Part shown: one piece after another, positions 30,281 to 40,693 of the stretch
Numbering within the stretch: the stretch's first letter is position 1
Layout of the letters: each line of letters begins with the position of its first letter
From: an uncultured delta proteobacterium
Lineage (GTDB): Bacteria; Myxococcota; B64-G9
Reading direction: 5' to 3'
Assembly (NCBI GenBank): GCA_963754925.1
Contig: CAVWHX010000004.1
Coordinates: 608,001 to 672,000, forward strand
Length of the DNA: 64,000 nucleotides
Translations under genes and position numbers: made by a program
The notes under the pieces: generated by a model
What the model saw: only the letters and a program-made list of their open reading frames with translations
Database searches by the model: none
Told to the model about the DNA's origin: nothing

Positions 30281-31386
30281 AGATGTCGCTGCCGCCCGCG
30301 TTACAGGTGGCCTTGCGGGATGCAACCGTGGCCCAGGGGCTCATCCAAGCCATTCACCATGAAGCCGCCGCTTTGGGCGTTGTGCGATTAATGGAAATTT
30401 GCGGAACCCATACGATGGCCATCCGCCGGGCCGGCATCCCCGCCCTGTTGCCAAAAAATATCATCCTGCTGAGCGGGCCGGGATGCCCGGTCTGCGTCAC
30501 CCCCAACAGCATGATCGATCGCGCAGTGGCGCTGGCGCGGCTGCCGGGCGTGATAATCGCGACATTCGGAGACATGCTGCGGGTGCCCGGCTCAAGCACG
30601 TCATTGGCTCGCGAGCGCGGCAAAGGAGCCGATGTGCGAGTGGTCTACTCGCCGCTCGATGCGCTCAGCATCGCAACGAGTGAGCCGACGCGCGAGGTGA
30701 TTTTCCTCGGGGTAGGATTCGAGACGACCGCGCCGACCGTTGCGTCCGCAGCAGACGAGGCCTTGGGAAGGCTTCCCAACTTTTCAATCCTATGCGCCCA
30801 CAAGCTCGTACCTCCGGCGCTCGAGGCTCTGCTTGCGCTTCCGGACGTTACGGTCAACGGCTTTCTCTGCCCGGGTCATGTCAGCGCCATTATTGGTGCT
30901 AACGCGTATGTTCCGATAGCCGCGCGGCACCGAGTCCCCTGCGTCGTGGCCGGGTTTGAGCCCGGTGACATCTTGCTTTCAATCGTGATGCTGTTACGCC
31001 AGATTCGAGAGGGCCGCAACGCCGTTGAGGTTGAGTACAAGGCGGTGGTACGGTCCGAGGGAAACGTGAATGCACAGAAACTGCTCGCGAAGGTCTTTGT
31101 CCCAGCTGCAAGCGCCTGGCGCGGCCTGGGCACGATACCAGACAGTGGATTGGTGTTGAGGCCCGCGTACCGTGCATTGGATGCCGAGGAACGCTTTACC
31201 GTTGCGGTCGAACCGGAGCATGAGCACCCGGGATGTCTCTGCGGCAAGGTCTTGGTGGGGGCGGTGCGTCCGCCCGAGTGCCACCTGTTTGGAAGGGTTT
31301 GCACGCCCGCGAACCCGGTCGGCCCGTGCATGGTGTCCACCGAGGGAACCTGTGCGGCGTACTATCGCTACGAACTGAAAAAATGA
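30277..31386 (+). CDS. hypD: Hydrogenase maturation protein
   Basis: CGTHT, GPGCPVC, GFETT, PGHVS, GPCMVSTEGTC. Confidence 0.95.
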   Translation: MKMSLPPALQVALRDATVAQGLIQAIHHEAAALGVVRLMEICGTHTMAIRRAGIPALLPKNIILLSGPGCPVCVTPNSMIDRAVALARLPGVIIATFGDMLRVPGSSTSLARERGKGADVRVVYSPLDALSIATSEPTREVIFLGVGFETTAPTVASAADEALGRLPNFSILCAHKLVPPALEALLALPDVTVNGFLCPGHVSAIIGANAYVPIAARHRVPCVVAGFEPGDILLSIVMLLRQIREGRNAVEVEYKAVVRSEGNVNAQKLLAKVFVPAASAWRGLGTIPDSGLVLRPAYRALDAEERFTVAVEPEHEHPGCLCGKVLVGAVRPPECHLFGRVCTPANPVGPCMVSTEGTCAAYYRYELKK

Positions 31387-31445
31387 TACTGGCAGTGGCG
31401 GTGGGTAATCCCTAACGGGGTCTTTCGGGATGAAAGGACGGTGTC

Positions 31446-32356
31446 GTGAGCGTGCCACCCAATCCGATGTCGCCGCTGGATCCGGCCGTCCTCACACGGT
31501 TGGCCGGCCTCAAGATCCAGGTAGAACGCGTTGTGGAAGGCGTTTTGTCCGGCTGGCATCCATCGTCGCGCTTGGGAGTCAGCATCGAATTCGCCGAGCA
31601 CAAGGAATATTCGCCGGGGGATGATCCCCGCCATCTCGATTGGAAGATTGTGGCGCGGCACGATCGGTACACCATCCGCAAATACCAGGATGAGACCGAC
31701 CTGCGTGCGATGCTGGTGGTTGACGCATCAGGTTCGATGGGCTACGCCTCCGGAGCGTTTTCTAAGTTCGATTACGCGAGTATACTGGCCGCTTCGTTAG
31801 CGACGCTGCTGCTGCGCCAGGGTGACGCAGCCGGCCTGATCGTGTCGGGCGGCAACCGACCAATCCACTGTGCTCCGGCGTGCGGACGCGAGCACATAAC
31901 CGAAATCATTGCGGCCTTGGAACAAACCCAGCCATCCGGCCCGACCACGGTACACGAGTCTATAGAATGGTACGCGGCATCCTCTAAACGACGGGGAATG
32001 CTGGTACTGTTGTCCGATCTCTTCGATCTCAACGCTGATCTTGTGTCCAGCCTGCGCTTGGTCGCGGCCCGAAAGCACGAGGTGGCGGTATTCCAGATAC
32101 TCGACGCGGACGAGCTGTCTTTCCCGTTTGAGGATCCGGCGCTCTTTGCGTCAATGGAGGATGAGCGCACCATCGTGGCGTTTCCCGGGAGGTTCGGCGC
32201 GCGTACCTTGAGGAACTCAATGCGTTTCTCTCTCATACCAGACAAGCGTTGGCAGAGGGCGCGGTGGCGTATCAACTCGTGCCCACGCGTGAGCCGCCCC
32301 ACGTTCCCCTCATCCGCTACCTCACCGCGCGGAAGACCCATCACCCACCGTGCTGA
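31446..32356 (+). CDS. DUF58 (MoxR-associated vWA) protein, frameshift near 32188
   Basis: EFAEHKEYSPGDD..DWK, DASGSM, LSDL; adding one C restores the frame to TGA 32354-32356. Confidence 0.85.
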
Positions 32357-32358
32357 AT

Positions 32359-34489
32359 ATGAACGGATCAACCTTTCTTCACCCTGAACTGCTCTGGGGG
32401 CTTGCGCTCGCCGCCCTGCCGATCCTCATTCATCTGATCAACCGCATCCGAGCCAAGCGAAAGGCCTTTGCGGCTATCGACTTTCTCCTGCGGGTCCAGC
32501 GCCGTTCGGCGCGGCGTATATTGCTCCGCCGCCTCTTGCTGCTCCTGGTCCGCACCACGTTGGTGATGGCGCTTACACTCGCCGCCGCCGGATTGGTGCA
32601 TCTGCCGCAGGGCGCGGTGGCAGTCAGCGGCCCGACAAGCCGAGCGCTGATTATCGACACCTCATTAAGCATGCTCCGCCACAACGGCAAGCGCCGGCTT
32701 TTTGACCTGGCCATCGAGCATGCCGCTGCGGTGGTGCGTCGGATGACGCCGGGCGATTGCGCCGGATTAGTCCGGGCCGGCTTTTCTGGCATTCCGTCAG
32801 AACAAGGAAATGCCCCAACGGATATCGAGGTTTTGGTGCAGCCCTGCCAGGATACTCCGGGGCCTTTGCTCAACGCCCTCGACCATATGCGACCGGGATT
32901 TGGCGGCAGCAATCTGACGCAGGCTATCGAACGGGCGGCGCTCCTCCTAAAAACCGCTCCGGGGCCTAACCGCAAGATTATTCTCTTCACCGACAACGCA
33001 TCCCATGCGTTTGCGGGTCCCCCGCGCTTGTTACCCGACCAACCACCACCGGAGATAGAACTGGTCGATGTAGCGGAATCGCTTTCACGTAACAACCACG
33101 CCATCAGCGGGATCGAACTGCACCCGCAGGGCAACTCCTTCGAAATCCAAGTTACGATCAATAACTATTCAAACGCCCCTTCCCAGAACCTGCCGCTCGA
33201 GATTCGGCTTGGAGAACAAACAAGCACCCGCGGCTTTGTTGACCTGCCGGCTACGGGCACCGCAACAAAGATGTTTACGCTTTCCATGCCGCGCCTACGC
33301 ACCCTGGGGAGTGTGCGGCTTACCCCTGACGACTTGGCGCAGGACGACGAGCGGTTGTTCTTTCTCAACGGGAGCAGCATCGCGCGAGCAATATTAATTG
33401 ACGGCGATATGCGCAGCACGCTGCAACAAGATGAACTCTACTATGTTGAGCAGGCGCTGGCTCCGGTGGGCGAGCAAACATCGGGAATTTCTTTCATCGC
33501 GCTTACTCCCGAGCGCTTTCAGGAAACGCAGCTAGCGAAGACCAATGTGGTAATTTTGGCCAATGTGCGCGAGTTGGCGCCAGAAAAGATTTCGGCGCTC
33601 CGCCAGTTTGTTTCGAACGGCGGCGGTCTTATGATTGCCTTGGGTGACCAGGTGGACGTTGATCTCACCAACAGCCTCCTCACCGATTTGTTGCCCTGGA
33701 CCTTACGCGACATTGTCGTCCTGGGACCCGCGGATCCGGATGGCGTCCATCGGCAAGGCCTGGCTTTTGCCGCGGTTCCTGAAGATCACCCGCTCTTTTC
33801 GGCTTTTCCGGGCGAGCAGGGACAAGCGTTTGCGGGCATTCGCACCTACCAAGCGGCCATCCTCGAGCCCGGGCGCGCAGCACATACCACGCGCGTCCTG
33901 TTACGCTATCAGAACGGCTCGCCCGCTTTAGTGGAAGGTGCCGTAGGCGCCGGGCGGGTACTACTGTTTACTTCGACACTCGATCGCGACTGGACCAATT
34001 GGCCGACCAGAGCAAGCTTTCTCCCGTTCATGCAGCGGGTGATCTTCTACTTGTCGCGGCAACTGGATGAACGGCCGCCGCCCGAGATTGAAGTCGGCAA
34101 GCCCTTGAACTTTACTTTGGCGACGGAAGCGGACAGCGTTATCATACATAAACCAAGCGGCGAGTCGCGGAAGCTATCCTCCCATGAGATTTCCGGCCGG
34201 CAGATAACCTTCCGCGACACCGACGAGCCGGGTTGGTATAGCATCGAGCAGCGCAACCAGGGAACTATCCTGCGCGGCGCCACGGTACCGGGTTTCTCTG
34301 GTTCACCTGCCGCTGGCCGAGTCCGACCTGACCCCAATCACTCCCGAACGGCTGCAGGCGCTCTTTGGTAATAAGCTGCAGCTTACCGTCGCCAACGCGG
34401 GCGCCGAGATTTTACAACCACTGTCATATCTGTTCTTGCTGCTGGGATTGCTCTTGATACTGGCGGAGGGGTTTTTGGTTAGACGTTAG
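32359..34489 (+). CDS. BatA/vWA domain membrane protein, frameshift near 34297
   Basis: FLHP..LWGL..PILIHL BatA motif, DTSLSM, FTD; ESDL and C-terminal TM in shifted frame. Confidence 0.8.
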
Positions 34490-34526
34490 AGGCTCTTACG
34501 AACGAAGTGAGTTAGAGCCTCTTATC
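34488..34526. repeat. REP-like palindrome copy 3
   Basis: agaggctct-tacgaacgaagtgagtt-agagcctct. Confidence 0.65.
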
Positions 34527-35522
34527 CCCGTGAGAGGGTTAGAGGCTGTTTTTGAAGGATTTTAATCACTGACAGGTTATAAGGGTATGATCCTCTACTG
34601 TGATGTTGCCCGGCCCGTTATCGTTGCAAGTGCCAGTACCAACATACACCCAAACCGTTGTAACGCTATTGGGATCATTAGGACCTGCATACCAAGTATC
34701 GCCGTCGCACCTTCGGGGGCCAAAATAATACTCACCTGAGGCGAACCAGCCATTCCCTATATCAGTGTTGAATGTATGTCTGAAAGTCTGCGCACTTACG
34801 TACTGTTTCCCAATAGCGGTACAAAATTGGGAGTAATCAGAATTGAGTAATAGATCCGCTTCCCATTTGTTCGGAGTCGCGAATGATCCCACATAAAAAT
34901 AGGTTTGTTGTTGTTCGGCACTGCAAACGTAACTGGCTCCACTGGCAGACGTGATTTTCATACCACCATATTTACAATTAGTTCCTGCTGGTTCCGGTGC
35001 TGACGTCACCGATTCACCTTGAAGCACATACACCTGGGCAGAGGCTTGCCCACCAAAACGATTAATGACTAACGTAAATGCCCCAACAGTCAACAACGCC
35101 GGCAACAATATCTTCCCTGTCATGTTTGTATCTCCTCTTTGAAATATTAACCCATCTGCGGAGCTGAATACTTTACTTCCACCTTGATCGAGTTCGACAT
35201 CAGTGATGTTATTAAGGTAATTTCCAGTGATTACCCAGGAAGTTTGAAAGCGATGAGTCGCGAGCTGCGGGTTTTGTACTGCTGAAGTGTCACCAACCAC
35301 GGCCGCCGCAGTGCCATCTCCATCGATATTGGTAATCACCGGTATATCTACCGTATAGCACCAACCGTTGATTTCTGTGGCGCCCGCCAGGCACGAGCCG
35401 CACACCGCATCGCCATTGTTGTTGCTGCAGCTTCTCACCTGGTTGACACACGTTTGATCTTTGGCGCACGGATCGATTGGTTTACAGAGTTTATCCCCAT
35501 AATCCTTATAGTCAGTTGCACA

Positions 35523-37122
35523 GGGCCTGTTGCCCAAACCAATAGCATTCTCGATCAAAAATGATATCATCTGGAGCATCCAGGAGGTGCTTCGATGATG
35601 GGACATCAGCCACCCCCGCAGTCCAAACTCTTCTATACCGGATTCCAGTTGGACAAGCGAGTGCGACGTGACCATCCTCTGAGGAAGATTAGCACGGTTG
35701 TCGATTTCGATTTCACCTACAAAGAAGTGGTGGAAACATACGGCGATAACGGCAACGTCTCGGTGCCTCCTCCTGTTCTGCTCAAGCTCATGCTTCTATT
35801 GGTGTTCTACAATGTTCGTTCCGAGCGCGAGCTGATGGAGACGCTACCGGAGCGACTCGATTGGTTGTGGTTCCTTGGCTACGATCTGGATGATGAAGTA
35901 CCGAACCACAGCGTGCTTTCGAAAGCCCGGAAGCGCTGGGGACGTGAGTTGTTCCAGCGTTTCTTTGAGCGCGTGGTGAGGCAGTGTGTTGCGGCTGGAC
36001 TGGTTGACGGGCGCAAGATATTCGTCGATGCGAGCCTTATCGATGCGGATGCTTCGCAGGACTCGGTTGTGGATACGAGAGACCTGAACGAGCAGCTGTC
36101 AAAGAAGTATCGGCAACTCGAAGCACGGCTCGACGAAGCGCCGAGCGCGAGAGAACCGGGACCGTACACCGAAGAGAACCTGCGCTATGTATCGGCAACC
36201 GATCCGGATGCGGCGTTGATGAAGCGCGGGGAGTCGAAGTTGCGGTACCAGAGTCATCGAGCGGTCGAAGGCAGCAGCGAGATTATCACAGCGACGGCGT
36301 TGACCCCGGGTGATGTAAGCGAAGACCAGTTATTGATGGTGCTTAAGGAAGACCACGAGGCGACCACGGGGGAGTTGGTTCAGACGGTAGTTGCAGACAG
36401 CAAGTATGGAACGAAAGAGAACTACCTGGCGTGCCGGGATGCGGGAATTCAGGCGCACATTCCGGCATTTCAGGGAGGTACAGACAAGCGTTTGGAGAAG
36501 CGCGGCTTGTTTATGGAAGACCGCTTTGTGTTTGACGCCAAACGGGACGTGTTTGTGTGCCCCGCGAGCCAGGAGTTGAGGCGTAGGACCGTGCACGCCC
36601 GTCGGCAGAGCATAGAATATGCCGCTTCGAAGCGAATCTGCGCGATGTGCGAATTGAGAGACCAGTGTACGACGAGTAAGTCTGGTCGAACAGTTCACCG
36701 GCATCTTCGTCAGGATGAGTTGGACGAGATGGTGAGAGCTTCGAAATCGACGTTGTCGCGTCGGGATCTCGCGCGTCGGCAGCATGTGTGCGAAGGGTCG
36801 TTTGGCGCAGCGAAGCGGTACGGTTACAAACGCGCGCGCTGGCGCCGACTGTGGCGAGTAGAAATCCAGAACTATCTTATCTGCACCATACAGAACATCA
36901 CCAAGTTGATCAAACACCGCAACAAGCGCTGTTACGCGGCGGCCAGTCTTCATTCAGATTGGAGCTATGATCTGTTGATGTCAGGTCTTCAGAAGTTTCG
37001 GTGCAATGTACATCGCTTATTCTGGTACATCAAAGAAGTGCGGGTTATTTGTGTCATACAAACAGATCCAGCATAGGGATGAATGGATGAGCACGATAAA
37101 AAGTTATTCGGGCAACAGGCCC
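35523..37122 (+). mobile_element. IS1182-family insertion sequence, 1600 bp
   Basis: 13-bp terminal IR GGGCCTGTTGCCC / GGGCAACAGGCCC; 4-bp TSD CACA at 35519-35522 and 37123-37126. Confidence 0.92.
35595..37076 (+). CDS. IS1182-family DDE transposase
   Basis: DHPLR, SERELM, PNHSVLS, VDASLIDADAS, TDPDA, ADSKYG, EGSFG. Confidence 0.92.
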   Translation: MMGHQPPPQSKLFYTGFQLDKRVRRDHPLRKISTVVDFDFTYKEVVETYGDNGNVSVPPPVLLKLMLLLVFYNVRSERELMETLPERLDWLWFLGYDLDDEVPNHSVLSKARKRWGRELFQRFFERVVRQCVAAGLVDGRKIFVDASLIDADASQDSVVDTRDLNEQLSKKYRQLEARLDEAPSAREPGPYTEENLRYVSATDPDAALMKRGESKLRYQSHRAVEGSSEIITATALTPGDVSEDQLLMVLKEDHEATTGELVQTVVADSKYGTKENYLACRDAGIQAHIPAFQGGTDKRLEKRGLFMEDRFVFDAKRDVFVCPASQELRRRTVHARRQSIEYAASKRICAMCELRDQCTTSKSGRTVHRHLRQDELDEMVRASKSTLSRRDLARRQHVCEGSFGAAKRYGYKRARWRRLWRVEIQNYLICTIQNITKLIKHRNKRCYAAASLHSDWSYDLLMSGLQKFRCNVHRLFWYIKEVRVICVIQTDPA

Positions 37123-37364
37123 CACATGTTTGGCACCTGTCACCCGTGTACCCCTCGTTGCACATACACGAGCCCGTATCGATCACACAGGCCCCCTGAC
37201 CATTACAGTAATCAGCATTATCGCAATTTTTTGATTTACTTGAACAACCTATAACACACCAAAAGAAACCCAGAATTATGAAGCTGAAGTAAAATCTTGA
37301 ATTGCTCATCATAATCCTGCCTCCTCGGCACGTGATAGAATTGATACTCAAATGATTTATATCA

Positions 37365-37393
37365 ATTATCATTCCAGCAGTAGCTATTGTCAA
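37365..37393 (-). promoter_or_regulatory. sigma70 promoter of the EGF-like lipoprotein
   Basis: Minus strand TTGACA-17 nt-GATAAT. Confidence 0.6.
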
Positions 37394-37487
37394 GAAAACC
37401 TCAATCAGACCACGCTGTTAACATTCCTGGCGCAAGGCGCCCTAAACGTGATTATTGAAAAAGCAGGCACTAAGAAAAGGCAACCGG

Positions 37488-38447
37488 CTACTGGTCGAGC
37501 CTATCCCCATTCCGGATGGTTCTCCCCACGACGACGGCTTTCGCTTCCATGCGCTTTTTACCTTCCAACTGAACCTCGACCAATCGTAGCCAGCCGTCGC
37601 CGGTGCGAACCAAGAGGAGTTGCCCGTCCACTGCTGCTGTTCCCGGTGCAACATCGCCTGCGGTCACGGTGGGGGCGAGCACTGCGGGAGTAGCGCGATG
37701 AATTTTAAAGAGCTTACCATTCAGGTAGGTAAACGCGCCCGGCCAGGGTTGCACTCCTCGAATGAGGTTATGTATCGTCATGGTCGAGGCTCCCCAATCA
37801 ATACACCCGTCTTCTTTTTGAAGCGCGCGCGCCCAGATTACCTGACTCGTGTCTTGCGGCCGTGGGGTGAGGTGACCTCGCTCATAACGTTCGAGGGCCT
37901 GTACCGAGAGCCGCCCGCCGAGTTGCGCCAATGTATCGTGCAGCTCCTGCGCGGTAGTTTCACGCGAGAGAGGTTGGGACTCTTGCAACAGAATATCCCC
38001 GTCGTCTAAGCGTGGCGTCACCTGAAAGATGGTGACGCCCGTTACCTCATCGCCGTTGATCAAGGTCCACTGAATGGGTGCCGCGCCGCGATACCGCGGG
38101 AGTAACGATGGGTGAACATTTATAAACCCGAAGCGGGGCAGTTCCAGTACCGGTTTCGGGAGAAGCTGGCCAAAGGCGGCGACCACAGCGATATCCGGGT
38201 TGAACCGGCGCAGGTGGTCGAGAAATGCTGTGCCCTTTAATGTTTCCGGTTGCAATACTGGCACCGCGCGATCCTTCGCCCACTGTTTGACCGGCGGCGG
38301 CTGCCGCTCCAAACCGCGGCCCTTGGGGCGATCCGGTTGGCAGACCACCGCCATCGGCATGCGGCCGGCGCGCTCAAGGGCGTCAAGAATCGGAAGGGCA
38401 AACGCGGGGGTACCAAAAAAGACATGGGAAATCGGCATAGCGGTCAT
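37488..38447 (-). CDS. fmt: Methionyl-tRNA formyltransferase
   Basis: FFGTPAFA, QPDRPKGRG, NVHPSLLPRYRGAAPI. Confidence 0.96.
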   Translation of the reverse strand: MTAMPISHVFFGTPAFALPILDALERAGRMPMAVVCQPDRPKGRGLERQPPPVKQWAKDRAVPVLQPETLKGTAFLDHLRRFNPDIAVVAAFGQLLPKPVLELPRFGFINVHPSLLPRYRGAAPIQWTLINGDEVTGVTIFQVTPRLDDGDILLQESQPLSRETTAQELHDTLAQLGGRLSVQALERYERGHLTPRPQDTSQVIWARALQKEDGCIDWGASTMTIHNLIRGVQPWPGAFTYLNGKLFKIHRATPAVLAPTVTAGDVAPGTAAVDGQLLLVRTGDGWLRLVEVQLEGKKRMEAKAVVVGRTIRNGDRLDQ

Positions 38448-38962
38448 CCATTGCTGCCATTCTTGACTCGCTTCTTCAACCTCCGCGTAACCAGGGAGCG
38501 CTTGAGCCGGGATATATGATCCACGAATAAGATTCCGTTGATGTGATCGATCTCATGTTGCAATGCAACGGCCAGCAATCCCTGACCGGTAATCTCGAAG
38601 CTGCTACCAGTGCGATCAAACGCCTTCACCGTTACCTCTGAAGGACGTCGCACCTCGGCCATTTCTTCTGGAAAAGACAGACAGCCTTCCTCTCGCTCGC
38701 TCTGCTCTTCCGAGACCGCCACCACTTCTGGATTGACTAACTCAATCAGGTGCGGAGTGCCTTCTTTTTGCGCTACGTCGATTACGATGACGCATACGGT
38801 TTCGCCAATTTGAGACGCCGCCAAACCGACACCCTCGTGGGCATACATCGTTTCAGCCAGATCGTCGATCAATCCTGAAAGCGTACCATCAAAATGCTCA
38901 ACGGGAACGCACTGTCGCCGAAGCACCGGATCCGGATAAATATACAACTTCCGAACTGCCAT
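38444..38962 (-). CDS. def: Peptide deformylase
   Basis: GVGLAA, EGCLS, QHEIDH. Confidence 0.96.
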   Translation of the reverse strand: MAVRKLYIYPDPVLRRQCVPVEHFDGTLSGLIDDLAETMYAHEGVGLAASQIGETVCVIVIDVAQKEGTPHLIELVNPEVVAVSEEQSEREEGCLSFPEEMAEVRRPSEVTVKAFDRTGSSFEITGQGLLAVALQHEIDHINGILFVDHISRLKRSLVTRRLKKRVKNGSNG

Positions 38963-38980
38963 CTACTTGAATCTCCTTCC

Positions 38981-39430
38981 TCATCCCACCAGCTTATCCA
39001 ACATCGCCTCCTGCACCAAACCAATTTGGCGGGCGACCTCCCTGCCCCCGCGAAAAACGATCAGTGTTGGGATGCTCTGGATGGCAAATTGTCCTGGCAC
39101 CTGTGGGTTGTCCTGGGTGTCGAGCTTGGCCACGAGAACCTGCCCTGACCGGCGTTTTGCAAAGTTCTCCAGAGTCGGGCCCATTACCCGACAGGGGCCG
39201 CACCACGGGGCCCAAAAATCCACCAGCACCGGAAGGTGCGTGTGTCGAACAAATTCTTCGAAATTTTGATCCGACAATCTAATTGGCTGGTCGATAGGAG
39301 GTAACGGGGTGTGACAAGCCCCACAGGTCGGCTGCTCCCTCGTCCGCTCGACGGGAATGCCATTGATCCGATCGCACTGTCGGCACCGCACGTGGATCTT
39401 GCCATTGCGAAAGGTCAGTTCGGCAGTCAA
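38981..39430 (-). CDS. trxC: Thioredoxin 2 (Zn-finger thioredoxin)
   Basis: N-terminal CxxC pair, WCGPC; TTG start after GGAGG. Confidence 0.9.
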   Translation of the reverse strand: MTAELTFRNGKIHVRCRQCDRINGIPVERTREQPTCGACHTPLPPIDQPIRLSDQNFEEFVRHTHLPVLVDFWAPWCGPCRVMGPTLENFAKRRSGQVLVAKLDTQDNPQVPGQFAIQSIPTLIVFRGGREVARQIGLVQEAMLDKLVG

Positions 39431-39447
39431 GCAATAACCTCCTTGGA

Positions 39448-39609
39448 TCAATCACCCTTTTCAAATAGGCTCTTGTCGGCGCCACAAACAGGGCAGACCC
39501 AATTGTCCGGTAAGTCCTCAAAAGCGGTTCCCGGTGCTACGCCGTTTTCGGGATCACCCTTTTTAGGGTCGTACACATAACCGCACACACCGCAAACATA
39601 TTTACTCAT
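39448..39609 (-). CDS. Rubredoxin, 53 aa (absent from ORF track)
   Basis: [65 protein letters not shown]. Confidence 0.97.
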   Translation of the reverse strand: MSKYVCGVCGYVYDPKKGDPENGVAPGTAFEDLPDNWVCPVCGADKSLFEKGD

Positions 39610-39684
39610 TTCTCCTCCTTTCCGGACGATCGTTACGATACCGTATTGGTCTGTAGTCTTTAACTAAAACGTCGCCAACGCGAT

Positions 39685-40116
39685 TCACACCATCCAAGCC
39701 TGACGAGCTTCCAAACGCGAATCCCTGATTACATCGGCCAGTGATGTTGTCTCAAGCACGCTGAACATATGCTCTTCAGCATCGTGAAACGTCTGCCGGA
39801 CCGGACAATCTGATCTGCCTTCACAGCATCGATTTTTGTCTTGGCAATCATAACCCAACAGGTCGGATTCAACCGCCCGAATCACTTCGGCCAGGCTGAT
39901 TTCTTCGGGTTCGCGAGCCAGTTTGAAGCCGCCATGTTTACCTCGGGTCGAGCGGACCAATCCTCGCCGTGCAAGTTTCTGAAAAACCTTCGCAAGATAG
40001 CTCTCAGAAACGTGTTGTTTGCCTGCCATTTCGGAGACAAGCAGCAAATCAGGGTGCCTTACAGCCAGCTGCCAGAGACTATGAAGCGCTAAATCGGTCG
40101 ATTTGGAAAATCTCAT
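39685..40116 (-). CDS. Rrf2-family transcriptional regulator with Cys ligands
   Basis: SYLAKVFQKL..GLVRSTRGKHGGFKLAR; C..CC..C. Confidence 0.9.
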   Translation of the reverse strand: MRFSKSTDLALHSLWQLAVRHPDLLLVSEMAGKQHVSESYLAKVFQKLARRGLVRSTRGKHGGFKLAREPEEISLAEVIRAVESDLLGYDCQDKNRCCEGRSDCPVRQTFHDAEEHMFSVLETTSLADVIRDSRLEARQAWMV

Positions 40117-40243
40117 CAGTACTAAGCTCTCTTTCTTTTTAAGATTACAAGACTCTACTTGTCGGAATATAAGCTGCCTCATATATACTGTCAACTGATA
40201 GCCCCATCTCTAGTCGTTCGGGGCGATCTCTAATCCCCTTCGG

Positions 40244-40310
40244 GGATAAGAGACTGTCCACAGGATAAGAGATTGTTGCCGAGCGAAGCGAGGCTTACAA
40301 TGTCTTGTCC
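40244..40310. repeat. REP-like palindrome copy 4 with tandem GGATAAGAGA arm
   Basis: ggataagagactgtccacaggataagagattgttgccgagcgaagcgaggcttacaatgtcttgtcc. Confidence 0.8.
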
Positions 40311-40510
40311 CTCTAGGGGTGAATGATCTTCGCATAGTCAGCTCCTTGTATCGCTAAAAACGCTTGAGGCAGAACGGTTGCGTTGGTTAGACGTAGTATC
40401 TTGCAACATTTTCATTGTTGCCGGGAGTGGGTATTCTGTCAAGTCATCTATAGCCGCTCTAAGACAGGCTGCGCCTCCGGGTTTTAAATCCGAAATCATT
40501 GACATAGATC

Positions 40511-40539
40511 TTGCGAATGACTATTAATATACCGATAAT
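40511..40539 (+). promoter_or_regulatory. sigma70 promoter
   Basis: TTGCGA-17 nt-GATAAT directly upstream of the riboswitch. Confidence 0.6.
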
Positions 40540-40544
40540 TTGAT

Positions 40545-40599
40545 GGTGGTGGAGTCCGCCAAAAACCGCCGCACATTTTATGTGGCCGATGACTCCTAC
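40545..40599 (+). ncRNA. Fluoride riboswitch (crcB motif)
   Basis: GGTGGTGGAGTCCGCC-AAAAACCGC...GCCGATGACTCCTAC matches the aptamer consensus, pseudoknot GGAGT/ACTCC. Confidence 0.85.
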
Positions 40600-40624
40600 G
40601 GGGCTGTACTTCTGTAGGAGTTTT
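40592..40624 (+). terminator. Riboswitch expression-platform terminator
   Basis: ACTCCTACGG...CTGTAGGAG stem followed by TTTT, overlapping the aptamer 3' end. Confidence 0.7.
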
Positions 40625-40693
40625 CGCGTTTAAAACTAACGTCAGCCCTGGGCAGGATATCGGTGCGCACGCAATGTGCGGGGAGGCTGGCAG

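Larger units (their letters stand above)
34566..37312 (-). pseudogene. EGF-like Cys-rich lipoprotein interrupted by IS1182
   Basis: N-terminal part MMSNSRF..IGC..CNEGYTGDRCQTC; removing the IS and one TSD restores in-frame CQTCATDYKD. Confidence 0.9.
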
